DNA of 64,000 bases from Hemiscyllium ocellatum (Eukaryota), in the NCBI RefSeq assembly GCF_020745735.1, contig NC_083406.1:28642255-28706254 (forward strand). The letters run 5' to 3'. The notes beneath the pieces were generated by a model. The model ran no database searches and was not told the origin of the DNA. It was given only the letters and a program-made list of their open reading frames with translations. Of this stretch, positions 36,790-49,960 are shown piece after piece (position 1 is the first letter of the stretch; each line of letters starts with the position of its first letter). Position numbers and translations under genes: made by a program.

Positions 36790-38760
36790 AGACAGAGCCC
36801 TTGAACAATACAAAGATAGCAGGAAAGAACACAGACAAGAAATTAGGAAGACTAAGAGGCCATGAAATGCCTTTCGCAAACAGGATTAAGGAAAATCCTA
36901 AGATGTTTTACACATATATAAGGAGCAAGAGAATAGCGAGGGAAAGGGTAAGTCCACTCAAGGACAAAGGAGGGAATGTACACGCAGATCCAGAGGAAGT
37001 GGGTGAGGTTCTTAATGAATACTTTGCATCAGTATTCACAAAGGAGAAGGACATGGTGGATGGTGAGTCTCAGGAGAGTTATTTCAATATTATAGGTCAC
37101 ATCAATATAAAAAAAATGAGATGGTGTTGGATATTTGAAAAGCATTAAGCTAGATAAGTCCCTAAGACCTGATGGAACACAATCTTTTTCCTTTGTATAA
37201 GAAAGACAACAGAGATAATGTATGAAATTACAGGCTGGTAAGCCTTCTGTCAGTGATAGGAAAATTATTGGAGAAGATTCTTAGGGATAGAATTGACTCA
37301 TGTCAGAAAATATGGTTTTATTTGCGTTAGACAGCATGGCTTTGTGATGGAAGGTTGTGTTCTCAGACTTGATTGAGTTTTTCGAGAAAGTGACACATAT
37401 GATTGATGAGTACAGAGTGACAGGTGTTGTCTACACAGATTTTAGAAAGGCCTTTGACAAGGTCCTTTATGACAGGCTAATACAAAAGGTGAAGTCACAT
37501 GGGATCTGCAAGGAGTTAGTAAGATTGATACAGAACTGGTTTGGTCATAGGACACACAGAATAGTGGTAGAAGGGTATTTTTCAGGTTGGAATTCTGTGA
37601 CCAGTAGTGTTCTGCAGGAATCAGTGCTGGAACCCCTGTTGTTTGTAATATATAGAAGTGATTTGAAGGAGACTGTTGGAAGCCTCATTAGCAGATGACA
37701 GAAACATTAGGGGAGCTGCAGATAGTGAGGAGGAAATCAATAGGCTGGAAGCTTGGGCAGAGAAATAGCAAGGAAATTTAATCCAAACAAATGCAAAGTG
37801 GTGTATTTTGGGAGATCTATTGCAGGGGAAAGTATTCAGTAAATGCTGAACCCTAAGAAGCGTCAACATACAGAAGGGTCCAGGTATATAGGTAAAAAGT
37901 GAGGTCTGCAGATGCTGGAGATCAGAGCTGAAAACGTGTTGCTGGTTGAAGCACAGCAGGTTAGGCAGCATCCAAGGAACAGGAAATTCGACGTTTCGGC
38001 TCCTGATGAAGGGCTCTGGCCCGAAACGTCGAATTTCCTGTTCCTTGGATGCTGCCTAACCTGCTGTGCTTTAACCAGCAACACATTTTCAGCCCAGGTA
38101 TATAGGTCCAGAGTTCCCTGAAAGCAGCAACACAAGTGAATAAGGTGGTCAAAAAGACATAAGACATGCTTGCTTTCATCGACCAGGGCACAGAGAATTA
38201 AAATTGGTAAATAACGTTGAACTGTATAGAAACTTAGTTAGGCCACGTTGTGTACAGATCTGGTCGCCACACTACCAGAAGGATGGGGAGGCTTTGGAAA
38301 GGTTACAGAAATGGTTTACCAGAATGTTGCCTGGTTTGATATGCTATGAGGAGAAAGTGGACCAACCCGGTTTGTTTTCACTTGAATGTCACAGGATGAG
38401 GGCGGCCTGATAGAAGTTTAAAAAAAAATTATAAGGCATGGATAGACTGGACAGTTGGAGACTTTTTCCCGGTAGAAATGTCAATGACCGGGGGCATAGA
38501 TGTAAGGTAAAAGAAGTTAAGTTTAAAGGAGATGTGAAAGATAACTTTTTTTACACAGCGGGTGTTAAGTGCTTGGGTTGCACTGTCAGAGCAGATAGTG
38601 GAGACAAATCCAACAGCAACATTTCAGACGCATTGTGACAGATATATGAATAGGTAGCGCATATGGACCTCAGAGACAGAAGGATTTTTCATTTAGAAAG
38701 GCATCGTGTGTTGGTACAGTTGACCAAAGAGCCTGTTCTTATACTGTACTATTCTTTGAT
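36790..38760 (+). mobile_element. CR1/HER1-type LINE ORF2 (RT) remnant with deletions and frameshifts
   Basis: IKENPKMFYTYIRSKR, LNEYFASVFTKE, LIEFFEKVT...VVYTDFRKAFDKV, VQIWSPHYQKD.EALERLQKWFTRMLPG. Confidence 0.92.
37894..38093. mobile_element. 200-bp fold-back hammerhead mini-element with perfect 14-bp TSD, nested in CR1
   Basis: TSD ccaggtatataggt at 37880-37893 and 38094-38107. Near-perfect ~73-bp inverted repeat; HHR core CUGAUGA at 38003-38009. Confidence 0.93.
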
Positions 38761-38824
38761 TTTTTTTATTTTTGTTTCTTTGCTTTGAAAGGTAAAAATG
38801 CCAATTGACCACAAGATGGTTATC

Positions 38825-39119
38825 ATAGAATCCCTACTGTGTGGAAGCAGGCCATTTAGCCCATCATGTCCGCACTGATCCTCTGAAGAGAATCCCAGTC
38901 AGTTCTGCTTCTTACCCTATCCCTGTTCCCCTATATTTCCTGTGGCTAATCCATCTAACCTGCACATCATTGGACTGTGGAAGGAAACGGGGATGGAACA
39001 CCTGGAGGAAATCCATGAATACACAAGGAGAAAGTGCAAACTCTTCACAGTTGCCCGAGGGTTGAATTGAACCCGGATCCTGGCACTGTGATGCAGCAGT
39101 GCTAACCACCATGCCACCC
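38825..39119 (-). mobile_element. HE1-type SINE
   Basis: Reverse complement of the HE1 head, V-domain and tail. Confidence 0.85.
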
Positions 39120-42100
39120 TTTACGTAACTATGATTGGGCAATATTCAAGAGAGTGATGGGCTCGCTTTAAGCTAGATCTTTCTTTTTTTCCCTTATTCT
39201 TAAATTATTCAAAATGGCAGCCTATCATGGTGACAAATGAAAGCTTTTCACTGTATTTTATTATATTCTTACTATAATACGCATGACAATAAAATTAAAA
39301 TCAAATATTATTTTATTATCTGTGTTCCGTGTATGAAACCTTATTATTCATGATCATATTTTTGTCAGACTTCTGTATCAACATTTTCACCATAAACTAC
39401 AATTTCTACATTTACAATGTAAACTTATTATGTAATTTGATGCCACACTTTTAACTCAGGTACAAGACAGACTGGTCGAGGAGAAGGCAAAGTCAAGAAC
39501 TATCTCCAGGCTTAGACTTCAAGATAACACGAATTATTGTGCTTTAATACTATACACTGCTACACGTCATAGACAGAGATATCCAAACTTTGATCATACA
39601 GTTTTATTGGCAAAGGAATAATCTATTTTCTACATGAGTTCATGTCCAAATGCTCTCCAGACTATCTACAGTTTAATCCAGTGTAGTGGGAGCTAGTGTA
39701 TTGTGGTCTGTTATAATGAAGTCTAACTCCACCCACATTATGCTATCTATGCTTAGTGATATATAGGTGTGTGACAACATCAAATGGTTGCTCCTGGGTC
39801 TGGAAGTCCTCATACAACAGACACTATATAAACTTAGCAGGCTGTAATGATGGTTCCAACCAGATGTATTATTGCACTGCTTTCTGGACTCTGCCATCAC
39901 AACCAATCTCCTGGAGGACTCTGTAAAATGTGTGTGGCACTGGCTGGGAGGTAGGTTTGCCAACCATGATTAAATGTATCCCTAGGGGCTTCATCATATG
40001 ACCTGTCCTCATGTTCTAGCCATTAATTAGAGAAAACATCCATCCTTGTAATACCCTACCTTCCTTTGACAATTAGAAAGCTGAACGTCTTATTACTCAA
40101 TGGATGTTGCTTGACTATGAACCAAACAGAAAGTACCCTGGAATCCCTCTCTAGCCACCAAGACATTTTATTTTTATTTCTACATCTGGGAAGAGAAAAG
40201 TACAGAAAAAGATCTTTTTTAATGTCATTGTGATTTTTCTCCAGGCTTGTTCATGAACATGTCCTCAGGAGTAATATTTAATTCCTGGAGACTCCTGGCC
40301 AATTCCTGGAGGGTTGACAACACTACCGGGGAACTTAGTGGCATTGAAATAACATTTTAGATGAGAAAGGTGGGCAACAGCTTAAATATAATTATCAGAT
40401 CCAAAACTGTTTTGTCACCATACTCCTACTGAAAGACTCTCGATGAAGTCTGTTAGATTTTTGCCAGATTCGAAAGTTCTAAGACACATGGAGGAAAGTA
40501 GTGAAGTGCTTGTTTATCATATTAGGCAGAGGGAGGCAGGCATTGTGCTGGGACAGAGTGATGGAAGCCAGGACAAGTAGCACTTCTCAATGGCCAGATG
40601 GTAAACAAGAGGCAATTTGGTACTGGATTTCTCTTACTGTTATAGCCAGAGGAAATAAGCCAAGAGCCAACACCAAAATGCCATTGCACTAAGCAGGCCA
40701 GCCAATTATAACAATCTCTCCTGCCTCAAATTGCTGACTAACAATACTTTGTCTATCCCCACCATGCATTTTAAATGCCCACTGAAAGCCCCACATTGCA
40801 CCTGTCAATTGTCTCCCTGCACTATGGACTTCAAGTTGACACCTGAGAACAAAATGTATTCCTTATTTTCAATGTGAATGCAGCCCAATAGTGAGCAGAG
40901 GTCAGAAATAAGTGGTTGGGCATAAATGTGACTTGTCTCACTGTCGAGAGAGGGAATCATATGGGTAAGAAATGAGGCTATCCTTGCTAAACACCAACCT
41001 CAGGGGAAATCAGAGACTCAGTCGGAAAGGATCAGGCAAGACAACACAGGCACAACAAACTTGGAATAAAAAGGTGGTTACCACATGAAACAACATTTTA
41101 CATGGTTGAATGAACAGCTCAGTTTGCCATCTGCAAGTATTCTAAACTGATGAATAGCTCTGCAGCATTGAAATCCACCTAGAATGCCTCCAACTTCAGG
41201 GCAATTGCAGTGGCCACCATTAAAACAAAGACCCTAATGTGTGGACACTTCAACAGAGATGACAACGGCTGTCCCTCCTAATCTCCAAAATGACAGATTA
41301 TTTCATGTAATTACACACAGCCATGTATACTCTGTTAAGGTTCTTATTGGAGTTAATGCTAGGAACAATACTAAAAAATATCAAAAATCAAAACAAAGAG
41401 ATGGTTGGGAATTATTAGCTAAACTAGGTGAGACACAATTTCCACTTTAAAATGTGTAATCCTAACCAAAATTTCTACGGAAAGAATACATTTGCCTAAA
41501 TTGTGATGACTTATGATAGGTCTGTGTAGTACAAGTGCTCGACAAAATGGCCTGGTTGCCAATTGTGCATTATAGATTCTTGGAAAGAGTGAGCTCCTAC
41601 AGCTATTAACTGTTGAATTTTCTGTATAATCCTATAAATTAAACAGTTTCTGACAACAACCGCATGAGCCCTCAAAGCTCTTTAAATTGTAAACTAAAAA
41701 GGTATGATTCACTTTCTAACTGGGTCAATGAATTGTATCTACTCTGCTGCACAAATTAGTAGGAAACATTCTCTAGTTAACCAATTGTTTTGGAAAACAG
41801 GAAAGAAAGATTTACATCGTATCAAAGATATTGGTCTATAAACTGAAACTTAAGAATCTTAGGAATCATCAATAAATGCCGGCCTAGCCAGCAACAAGAT
41901 CATTCTGTGACCTTTTCTTTTACATATGATTTGAGCTGGTAAAAACATTTTGTTTGTAGTTTCACCAAAAAGAGAGAGAGAATAGATGTGCAAAAGTATA
42001 AGAGGCACAGTCATTACTAATTTATATCACTTCAAGGATTTTTTTTATCTTCCACAGCTTTAAAAGATCAGCTTTGCTTCTTGTACAAAACCCTGTCTGA

Positions 42101-43696
42101 GTATTCTGCCTCCTGTCACCCACAGTACAATTTGCATGAATAGAAGTGTTGGGATTTACAGCCCATGTCAGCCTAGAATTAGGTTGGGCGTTCCATTTTT
42201 GCAGCTCACACCCAAAGTTGTTTGTGAAGGATTGGCTTAAAATCTACGCTAAAATACATTTTTTTAAGCAACACGTTGAAAATTATTGAAGCTTACTCCA
42301 GTCACTGTTGGGTTATTTCAACCATCAGCACATTTTGTCCTGAATGATAATTTTTCGGAATCTTACTATGTTTTTGAGATGCCATGGCTGTTAAATGTAA
42401 AGTAGAAAGTATATCTTTCTCATTCAAAGTTAAATTTCGCATTCACCAACGGCCCTTAAGCTAGTGTGACATTACAATTACTGCTCCTGTCAAGTGGATA
42501 GATTATTTGCAACATCCTCCTCAGGTTGTCACTTCCTACAGTAAAAGGATATACAATCCTTCAATCCTATACGGTGGTCCATAATTTCCTCTCTGCTGAT
42601 GGACAGGACTATTTTGATTTTAGGTATTTTTTTGTACGCAAGAAACAATCTCTTCAGTTGAAAAAGGTGTTCCTTGCGGTTAGAACACTGGAGGTGCCAC
42701 TGCCAACTACTTTATATCACGGTAAACAATTACAGACTGACCCAGCTGCCTTAGACGTGAGTTTGCTAATCAAGGTAAAATAAGCCAAATTCAAAACGTA
42801 TGTTAAAAGTTGTAGTTTATGATGATACAATGCTGTCTACTGAATATTGGAGAACCCACTACATGGGAAGAAAAAAATTATATTTTACATTTTAAGTAAC
42901 GTAAACTTGGAGGGTTTGGCAATCACTAATCTGATCCAATTTGAGATCACTAGAGATTGCTAGCTCAGCTCGAGCATGGAGCAATAATACTTACTGCTTC
43001 ATTTTTTTTTAAACATACAGGAAAACTTCCCACTTACCCCGTTCCATTCCTGGTTTTTGTTATGGTTGTGAAAACTGGAGCTGTGATGCTGTTGCTTGTA
43101 AGTCAGTGAAAGGGATACTGAGCCAGTCTGTGCCATTTAATATGTAGTTACATTAGTTGCAACATCTGAAATTTCAAATTCTTATTGTCTTTTTCAATCC
43201 AGTATCCTTTGTAATGGAGAACCCATCCACTAACTCTCCACCGCTGATGCACAGTGTCAGAAAGGTGTACCTTCCACAATGTGCATTACCACAACTCATC
43301 TTTTGACCACATTGTTGTGTTAAACTCATGGTCAGTGCACTATTAAGAGTCATACATATGACACATCATTGAATCACTTCATGTGACCTGAGAGTTAATA
43401 AAGATTTGATACTTCATCTTACCTAGGATCACTTGAAGATGGTGTGCAAGAAACATGCTGCTCTGTGTAACTTAATAGCTTAATCTTGGCCTAGACAATT
43501 ACGTATTTGCAAATGTAATGTTTGTACACAACAGCAAACTATTGGATGTTCCAGTGCAATGATATCCATCTAGTTTCTTATGTTACGTGACAGAACATAA
43601 GCATTATCACATCAAGTAAAATACTTACTGCAGGTAAAGTCACATCAAACACTTCATTATTGACAGTAATGCCCTACAGTCTCATATTTTATGCCA

Positions 43697-44008
43697 GGGC
43701 AGCACGATGGCTCAGTGGTTAGCACTACTGCCTCACAGCACCAGGGACTCGGGTTCAATTCCCGTGTCGGGCAACTATATGTGTGGAGTTTGCATATTCT
43801 CCCAGTGTCTGCTTGGGTTTGCTCCAGTTTCCTCCCACAGTCCGAAGATGTGCAGGTTACGTGAATTGGCCATGCTAAGTTGCCTGTAGTGTTATGTGCA
43901 TGAGTCAGTGATAAATGTAGGGGAATGGGTCTGGGTGTGTCGAATGGTCGGTGTGAACTTGTTGGGCTGAAGGGCCTGTTGCCACACTGTAGGGAATCTA
44001 ATCCAATC
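43697..44008 (+). mobile_element. HE1-type SINE
   Basis: tggctcagtggttagcact, gggttcaattccc, V-domain, (aatct) tail. Confidence 0.88.
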
Positions 44009-45320
44009 TTTATTCAAAAAAACTTCCCTCAGTCCTTTCAAAGCCTCCCTTTGGCTAAACATTTGGTTGTAAAATCTCCTTTTTGCGAGCCTCCGCTTTC
44101 ATCTGATTATGGCTATACAAAGCCTTTTGGGACAAATTCTGTGGTGAAGTCACTACAGAGCTGTTATTGTTGTTTGGAATGGTAGACCAAAGCATTTTAA
44201 TGGAGGTACTTGGGGGAAACAAAAAGGATAGAAAAACTAAACCATTATTTCATCAAAAAAACGTAAAGTGAAAGTAAACACTTCATTGTCATGTGAAACT
44301 GCAAAAAGTATTTTAAGTAACTCCTTAAAATAAAAAAATTGAAAATCCAATGTCAGTTTTACTTCGAAGACCTGCCCTTTCATTTTGACCTTCGACTTTG
44401 TGGGTTAGAGGCTGCAACAGGATCCTTGCCTCAAGAGTACAATCCACGTTACTTATAAAGCTCAAAGATCTGATAAGAAATAAATATACAGCTCACTGGG
44501 GCATTGTACTGACCATGTAATGGTACAGTTCAGTTTTCTTGAACTGGGATTATAATGGTTGCACTGCCACTGCTAAGGTAAAGAAGATACAATATTTAAC
44601 ACACAAAACAAAACAGGATATCTGTTAAGAGACAAAGCAGCCCATTCTGTGGAAAACTCAGTCATTCAAGAACCCCTAGGAGATCCAACCCAGGGATATG
44701 TAAGCATTACTGATTCCAAATTAATGCTTTATCCAGATTAAAACAGGTCATACATCCCAAGAGTCACATGTTACATGAGCCACTTCCATCTAACCCCACT
44801 ATGATATCCTTCCATTTCTCTGGTCAACAATTTATATAATACAATTTAATCTCTTCCTTTTTGAACATATCTTTATGGATTTGACATCAGATTAATTTGG
44901 TAACATTATGTATAAGTGCTGAATGAAATGTATATAATAAAACATATAATAACGATATGAACTAAAGCAACGCTGCTCCTTTCAAGAGATTGAATAAATC
45001 AAATGACCAACATTTTTGACATTCTAGCTATAATTTTTGCTCCATTAATGTGTTTTATCATGTTTTTAGATGTCTTTCTATATTCTGAAAATAAAAATGT
45101 ATCTTTATTTTGGATGTTGTCAAAAAAGAGGCTTAAAGATTTTCAATATCAATTACAGAGGCATGGAGTCCCTCATGATAAATGAGAAACTTTAGCTGAT
45201 GATCAATGCACATGGGCTACAATGACTGAGGGTAGAAGTCATCACCATAGCGAAGTATTTCAAGTTTAAGATGCTCCAAAGCAGATTTCAGGCCTGCAGC
45301 AAGGCATCATCAAAGATCAG

Positions 45321-45414
45321 AGTTGAAAAATATGGTGCTGGAAAAACACAGCAGGCCAGGCAGCATCTGAGGAGCAGGAGAAACGACATTTCAGGCATAA
45401 GCCCTTCTTCAGTC
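45321..45414 (-). mobile_element. 94-bp pLTR-only mini-element with 16-bp TSD and degenerate HHR
   Basis: TSD catcatcaaagatcag (45305-45320) / catcatcagagatcag (45415-45430). Confidence 0.85.
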
Positions 45415-46164
45415 CATCATCAGAGATCAGCCCACACCACTGGCAAGTCTTACGACCAGACTGAGGTTTTTCAAGTTGTTATGGTTCCAGACGCAATATC
45501 CTCAAATTTTCAAGATCCTGGGTGGAAAAGGATGGACTGACACTCTTTTTTTCTTAAAACCCACCACCACAGTTGATCACAACAGGATTAATTACAAAGG
45601 ATCCACCTCCCTTTTTTCTCAGACCAGATGAATTTATGTTTTAAAAGAAGCCACTATAAAGCTTTCTTGAGTTATCAAAGTTTGAGGCTGTTACTTAAAT
45701 GTGGGAAGAAATTAAAAAAACACACCCTACATAATCTGTGTGTAAGAGTAAATCCAAAAAAAAGACATATAGGTCAGTCTCTGCATCATTGGGGAAGAGT
45801 AGCTGGAAGAATGTTGTGGTAATTATAATCATTTTTGCCAGTAATTTTGACATTCGTAGTGCTTCAACTGATTTTGAATTCTCAGTTTTGCAGGTTGATT
45901 GAAATTCTTTTGTCCTGAACCCTTTTGACAGTGGCTGGGTGGTAGCACCCATATTAAAAAGATATTGTTTTATCTGCTTTGCAGGGGTGTTTAATGACTG
46001 TTACCGTAAGTCTAGCCTTAACAGGCCACTGACACACCCAGACTAGCATTGAAGATCACTTTTAACCCCTGAGCTAGTCTATTCTTTAAAGGGAAAGTTC
46101 AAATGTGTCTCTGACCCAGATTGCTGCCTTTTTAAAACCATCATATTTGTAGCCAGAGATAACT

Positions 46165-46470
46165 GGGGTGGCATGGTGGCTCAGTGGTTAGCACTGCTGC
46201 CTCACAGCGCGAAGGTCCCAGGTTTGATTCCAGCCTTGGATGACTGTCTGTGTGGAGTTTGCACATTGTCTGTGTGGGCTTCCTCTGGGTGCTCCGGTTT
46301 CCTCCCACAGTCCAAAGATGTGAAGGTCAGGTGAACTGGCCATGCTAAATAGCCCATAGTGTTAGGTGCATTAGTCAGAGGGAAATGGATCTGGGTGAGT
46401 TATTCTTCGGAGAGTCAGTGTGGACTGGTTTGGCCAAAGGGCCTGTTTCTACACTGTAGGTAATCTAATC
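46165..46470 (+). mobile_element. HE1-type SINE
   Basis: Same head, V-domain and tail as 26571-26864. Confidence 0.88.
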
Positions 46471-49400
46471 TCCCAGGAGATTATGGTTCAGTTTGTTGTA
46501 CATTTCTCTTCTATGAATTCATTCCTTTTGAAGCTTTCTTGTCTGGTGCGACATGTCAAGCATTTTATCTCCAGACAGCCACTGAATTGACATCCCCAAT
46601 CTTTTTTTTGGCTGTATTGTTTTAGACAAGGCATTTCTGAAATTAAAGTTCAGCCTGTCTGCAGGTGCTACACAGTGATGATCTGTGGTCATGACACAAG
46701 GGACAACTTCACGTGTGGCACTTGTGGCCTATATTGCCTTTCTGGGATTGGCTTGTTTAGTCATCAAAAGAACGCAGATGATCTGATATTCTCATTATCT
46801 CTCACAGAGAAAATGTCAACTACCTTCTTGACCACTACCATCAAATAAACTGATCATTAGTTCCCTGGACTCGTCCTCCTTTATAAATTTGTTCGGTGGG
46901 GCTAATACGTCGAGGACAAATTCCTGCCCAGCACTGTTTATAATTTTTAAGAAATTATTTCAGAGGTAGAAAAGGTGACAAGTGCCTTTAAAGAATCTGG
47001 ACGTCTGTGCATATCTACTAAGTAATGCTATCAGTCATGAGAATCTTGAAATCTAATTACTGTTATCTGTGCGTGTGAATGGTCAATCTCATTTGCAGCA
47101 GCAAAGCTCTCATTTATAACTGGTGCCTGTTGTGAAGAGGTTTGGCCTCAGCAGTTGGCCAAAGTGCACAGAACGGTAAATTTTCTTTCACAAAATATAC
47201 ACGGGACGATGTCACCACTTGTCCGCAAGTGTGCCAACACCACATAGAAACAGAGGACATTTTATTGTTATCACTGCCATAGAATGAAACCAGGGAACAG
47301 TTAACTGCACATAAAAAAAGTCCCAATTCACTTCCACATCTGTGCAGTGCAATGTTCTATGTACAGGACTGTGAACGAGACTGCAGATTCTTCTGTACAA
47401 GGTTAAATTTGAACAGTCAAGGGGAAGCTACCAGAAATTGTGATTCACAGCAACAGGAACAATTTTAATTTTTTTTAATGTTAACACTGATTCATATCAG
47501 GCTGTATATTGAATCTTTCTAATTGTAGGATATTCCAACCCTTGTCCTTCAGAGAACAACTCTCTCCTTATTTCTTTCTCCCTCTGGTTGCTTATTGTAA
47601 CGCTGCACTGAGCTTGTCCTTTCGGACTGAGCTCCACACAGCAGCACCAGAGTAAACACAGTGGAATTGGTCGGCGAGAGTGGGAGGAGCCTGGTTGACA
47701 GGCTTGCCCAAGGACAGAGGAGAGGGAGCTGTGGATCAGCTCAGCCATCAAAACACAACACAGAAGTGCACACAGAATTAAGGAACAGCTGGGACCACAA
47801 TTGCCAGAGTGGAGGAGAACCAACTGTTCTCCAAATAACACAGTCTGCTTGCACCATTTTCAGTTGCTCTGTCTAACAAAATGGGTAGATTGTACAAGGT
47901 TCCTAACAAACACCTTGCAATGATTGGCCCTGTCAGCACATATAAACTCTTGGTTAGTGATACATTACTTTGGAAAAATGTCAGTACTTCAGCTAATGAA
48001 GAAAAATGCATTTTTACTTCTGTATTATGAAATGCAATCTCTCCTTCCCCCTCATTCAGGATTGTATTTATGACAGTGAGTGTCCTTTGAGCTTTGGCAC
48101 TATAAACTGACAAAATTTTGTTCATGTGCCTTTCGTGTAAGAATCATTTTTTAAAGAAGCAAGTTTTTTGTCCATAATGACATGGAACTGTACCAAAAAC
48201 AAAATCAAAACAAATACTTTGATGGAGTTTAAAACAATCTGAAATCAATGCGGTGACTGAAAGCAGCCAGCTAGTTTCCTGTTTATATGAAATAATTTCA
48301 AAAGGCAGATAACAGGTCAAGGTGGATTTTGTTTTGTTAAATTTTGACTTCAGAAACATTTCCCTCCACCTCCCCTCCCTGACTGATTACAATATAGTCA
48401 CTGTTTAAATCACAACCGAGAATTGGAAAACAAGGGTGTATAGTACACAGAATGGCCTATACACCGTATGAGCTTTAATCAGTAAATACATTATAACCCA
48501 CATGTAAGTGTGCTGATTCTCAAGCCCAAATACTACAGATATTACTAAAAAAAGGTAACAATTGCTACAACAGGCAAACTATTAACATAAAAAAAATTAC
48601 CAGCTGAAATTCTAACCCTTTTCTAAACTCGTATGCACCCTCATGAACAGAAACCAACAAACAAAACAAATGGCGTTATGGATAGAAAGAAAAATACTTG
48701 GGAAATACAATTCAATAGCCCCAGTCTATGTAGATTGATAACATGTTTCTTTTGCTTCTCAAAACCTTCTGCAAGAGGCACAAGGCAATTTCTGCACCGA
48801 TTACAAAGTCTCCTAGTTGCTGGTTAGAGGCAACAGCATCCAGAAACTAGTTATAAATTTACCACTATTGAAATACAATTTTTAACTGAAGTGTGGATCT
48901 TGCATGTGTAAACAACTCTCGAAAGGACCTAATGTTGAGTATTTAAAATTGCAGAAATGTTGTGCCACAAAAGGTCATTTGTCCCAACAAATCAACACTG
49001 ACAATAGAATGACAACCCATCCAGTGTCATTCCCCTGCTTTCTCCCTGTAGTTGTGTATATTCTTCCTCTTTCAGATAACTGACTAATTCCCTGTTAAAA
49101 GCTTTGATTGAATCTACAGACACCAGAGTCTCAAGCAGTGTATTCCAGATCCTAACCCTTTGTTGTGTTTAAAAACTTGTTCCTCATATCACTTTGCTCC
49201 TTTTACTAATTTTGTTAAATCTATGCCATTTCATTACAAAAAAAAATCACCTGGTATTGCAAACTGGCACATTCCGCATTCCCTACATTACAACAGTGAC
49301 TAGCTTTCAAAAGCAATTTGTTGGTCATAAATTTGGGACATCACTATTGGGTGGTGTGGCAGTTCAGTGTTTAATTTGATTGATTTGAGTTATCGTTGTC

Positions 49401-49635
49401 ACGTCTACCTTAGCACAATGAAAAGTTTTGTTTTGTGGGCATTACTGGAAAACCATAACATACAAGGACAAACAGATCACAGGGTGAGTATACAAAGCAA
49501 GGCATGCAGAGTGTAATTTTTACAGACTTAGAAATGAAATTTAGATGTGCAGAATGATTGTATGAAATGTGAGAATAAAATCTGCTGTACAGAGCTCGCA
49601 GACTGTTGCCCATCATCGGCACCATCTTGAATAAG

Positions 49636-49960
49636 GCACTGCTGTCTCACAGTGACAGGGACCCAGGTTCGATTCCACCCTCGTGCACTGTCTGTGTGGA
49701 GCTTGCACATTGCCCCAGTGTCTGCGCGGATTCCCTCTGGGTGCTCTGGTTTCCTCCCACAATCCAAAGATGTGCAGGTTAGGTTGATTGGCCATGCTAA
49801 ATTGGCCATTGTGTCCACAGAGGTGCAGGCTAGTTAGATTAGCCATGGGAAATGCAGGGTTTCAGGGATTGGGGAGGGGGTGGGTCAGGGTGAGTTGTTC
49901 TTCACAAGGTTGATGTGGATTTGTTGGGCTTAATGACCTATTTCCACACTGTAGGAATTC
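49636..49960 (+). mobile_element. HE1-type SINE (5'-clipped)
   Basis: gcactgctgtctcacag...ggttcgattcc, V-domain, tttccacactgtagg tail. Confidence 0.85.
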
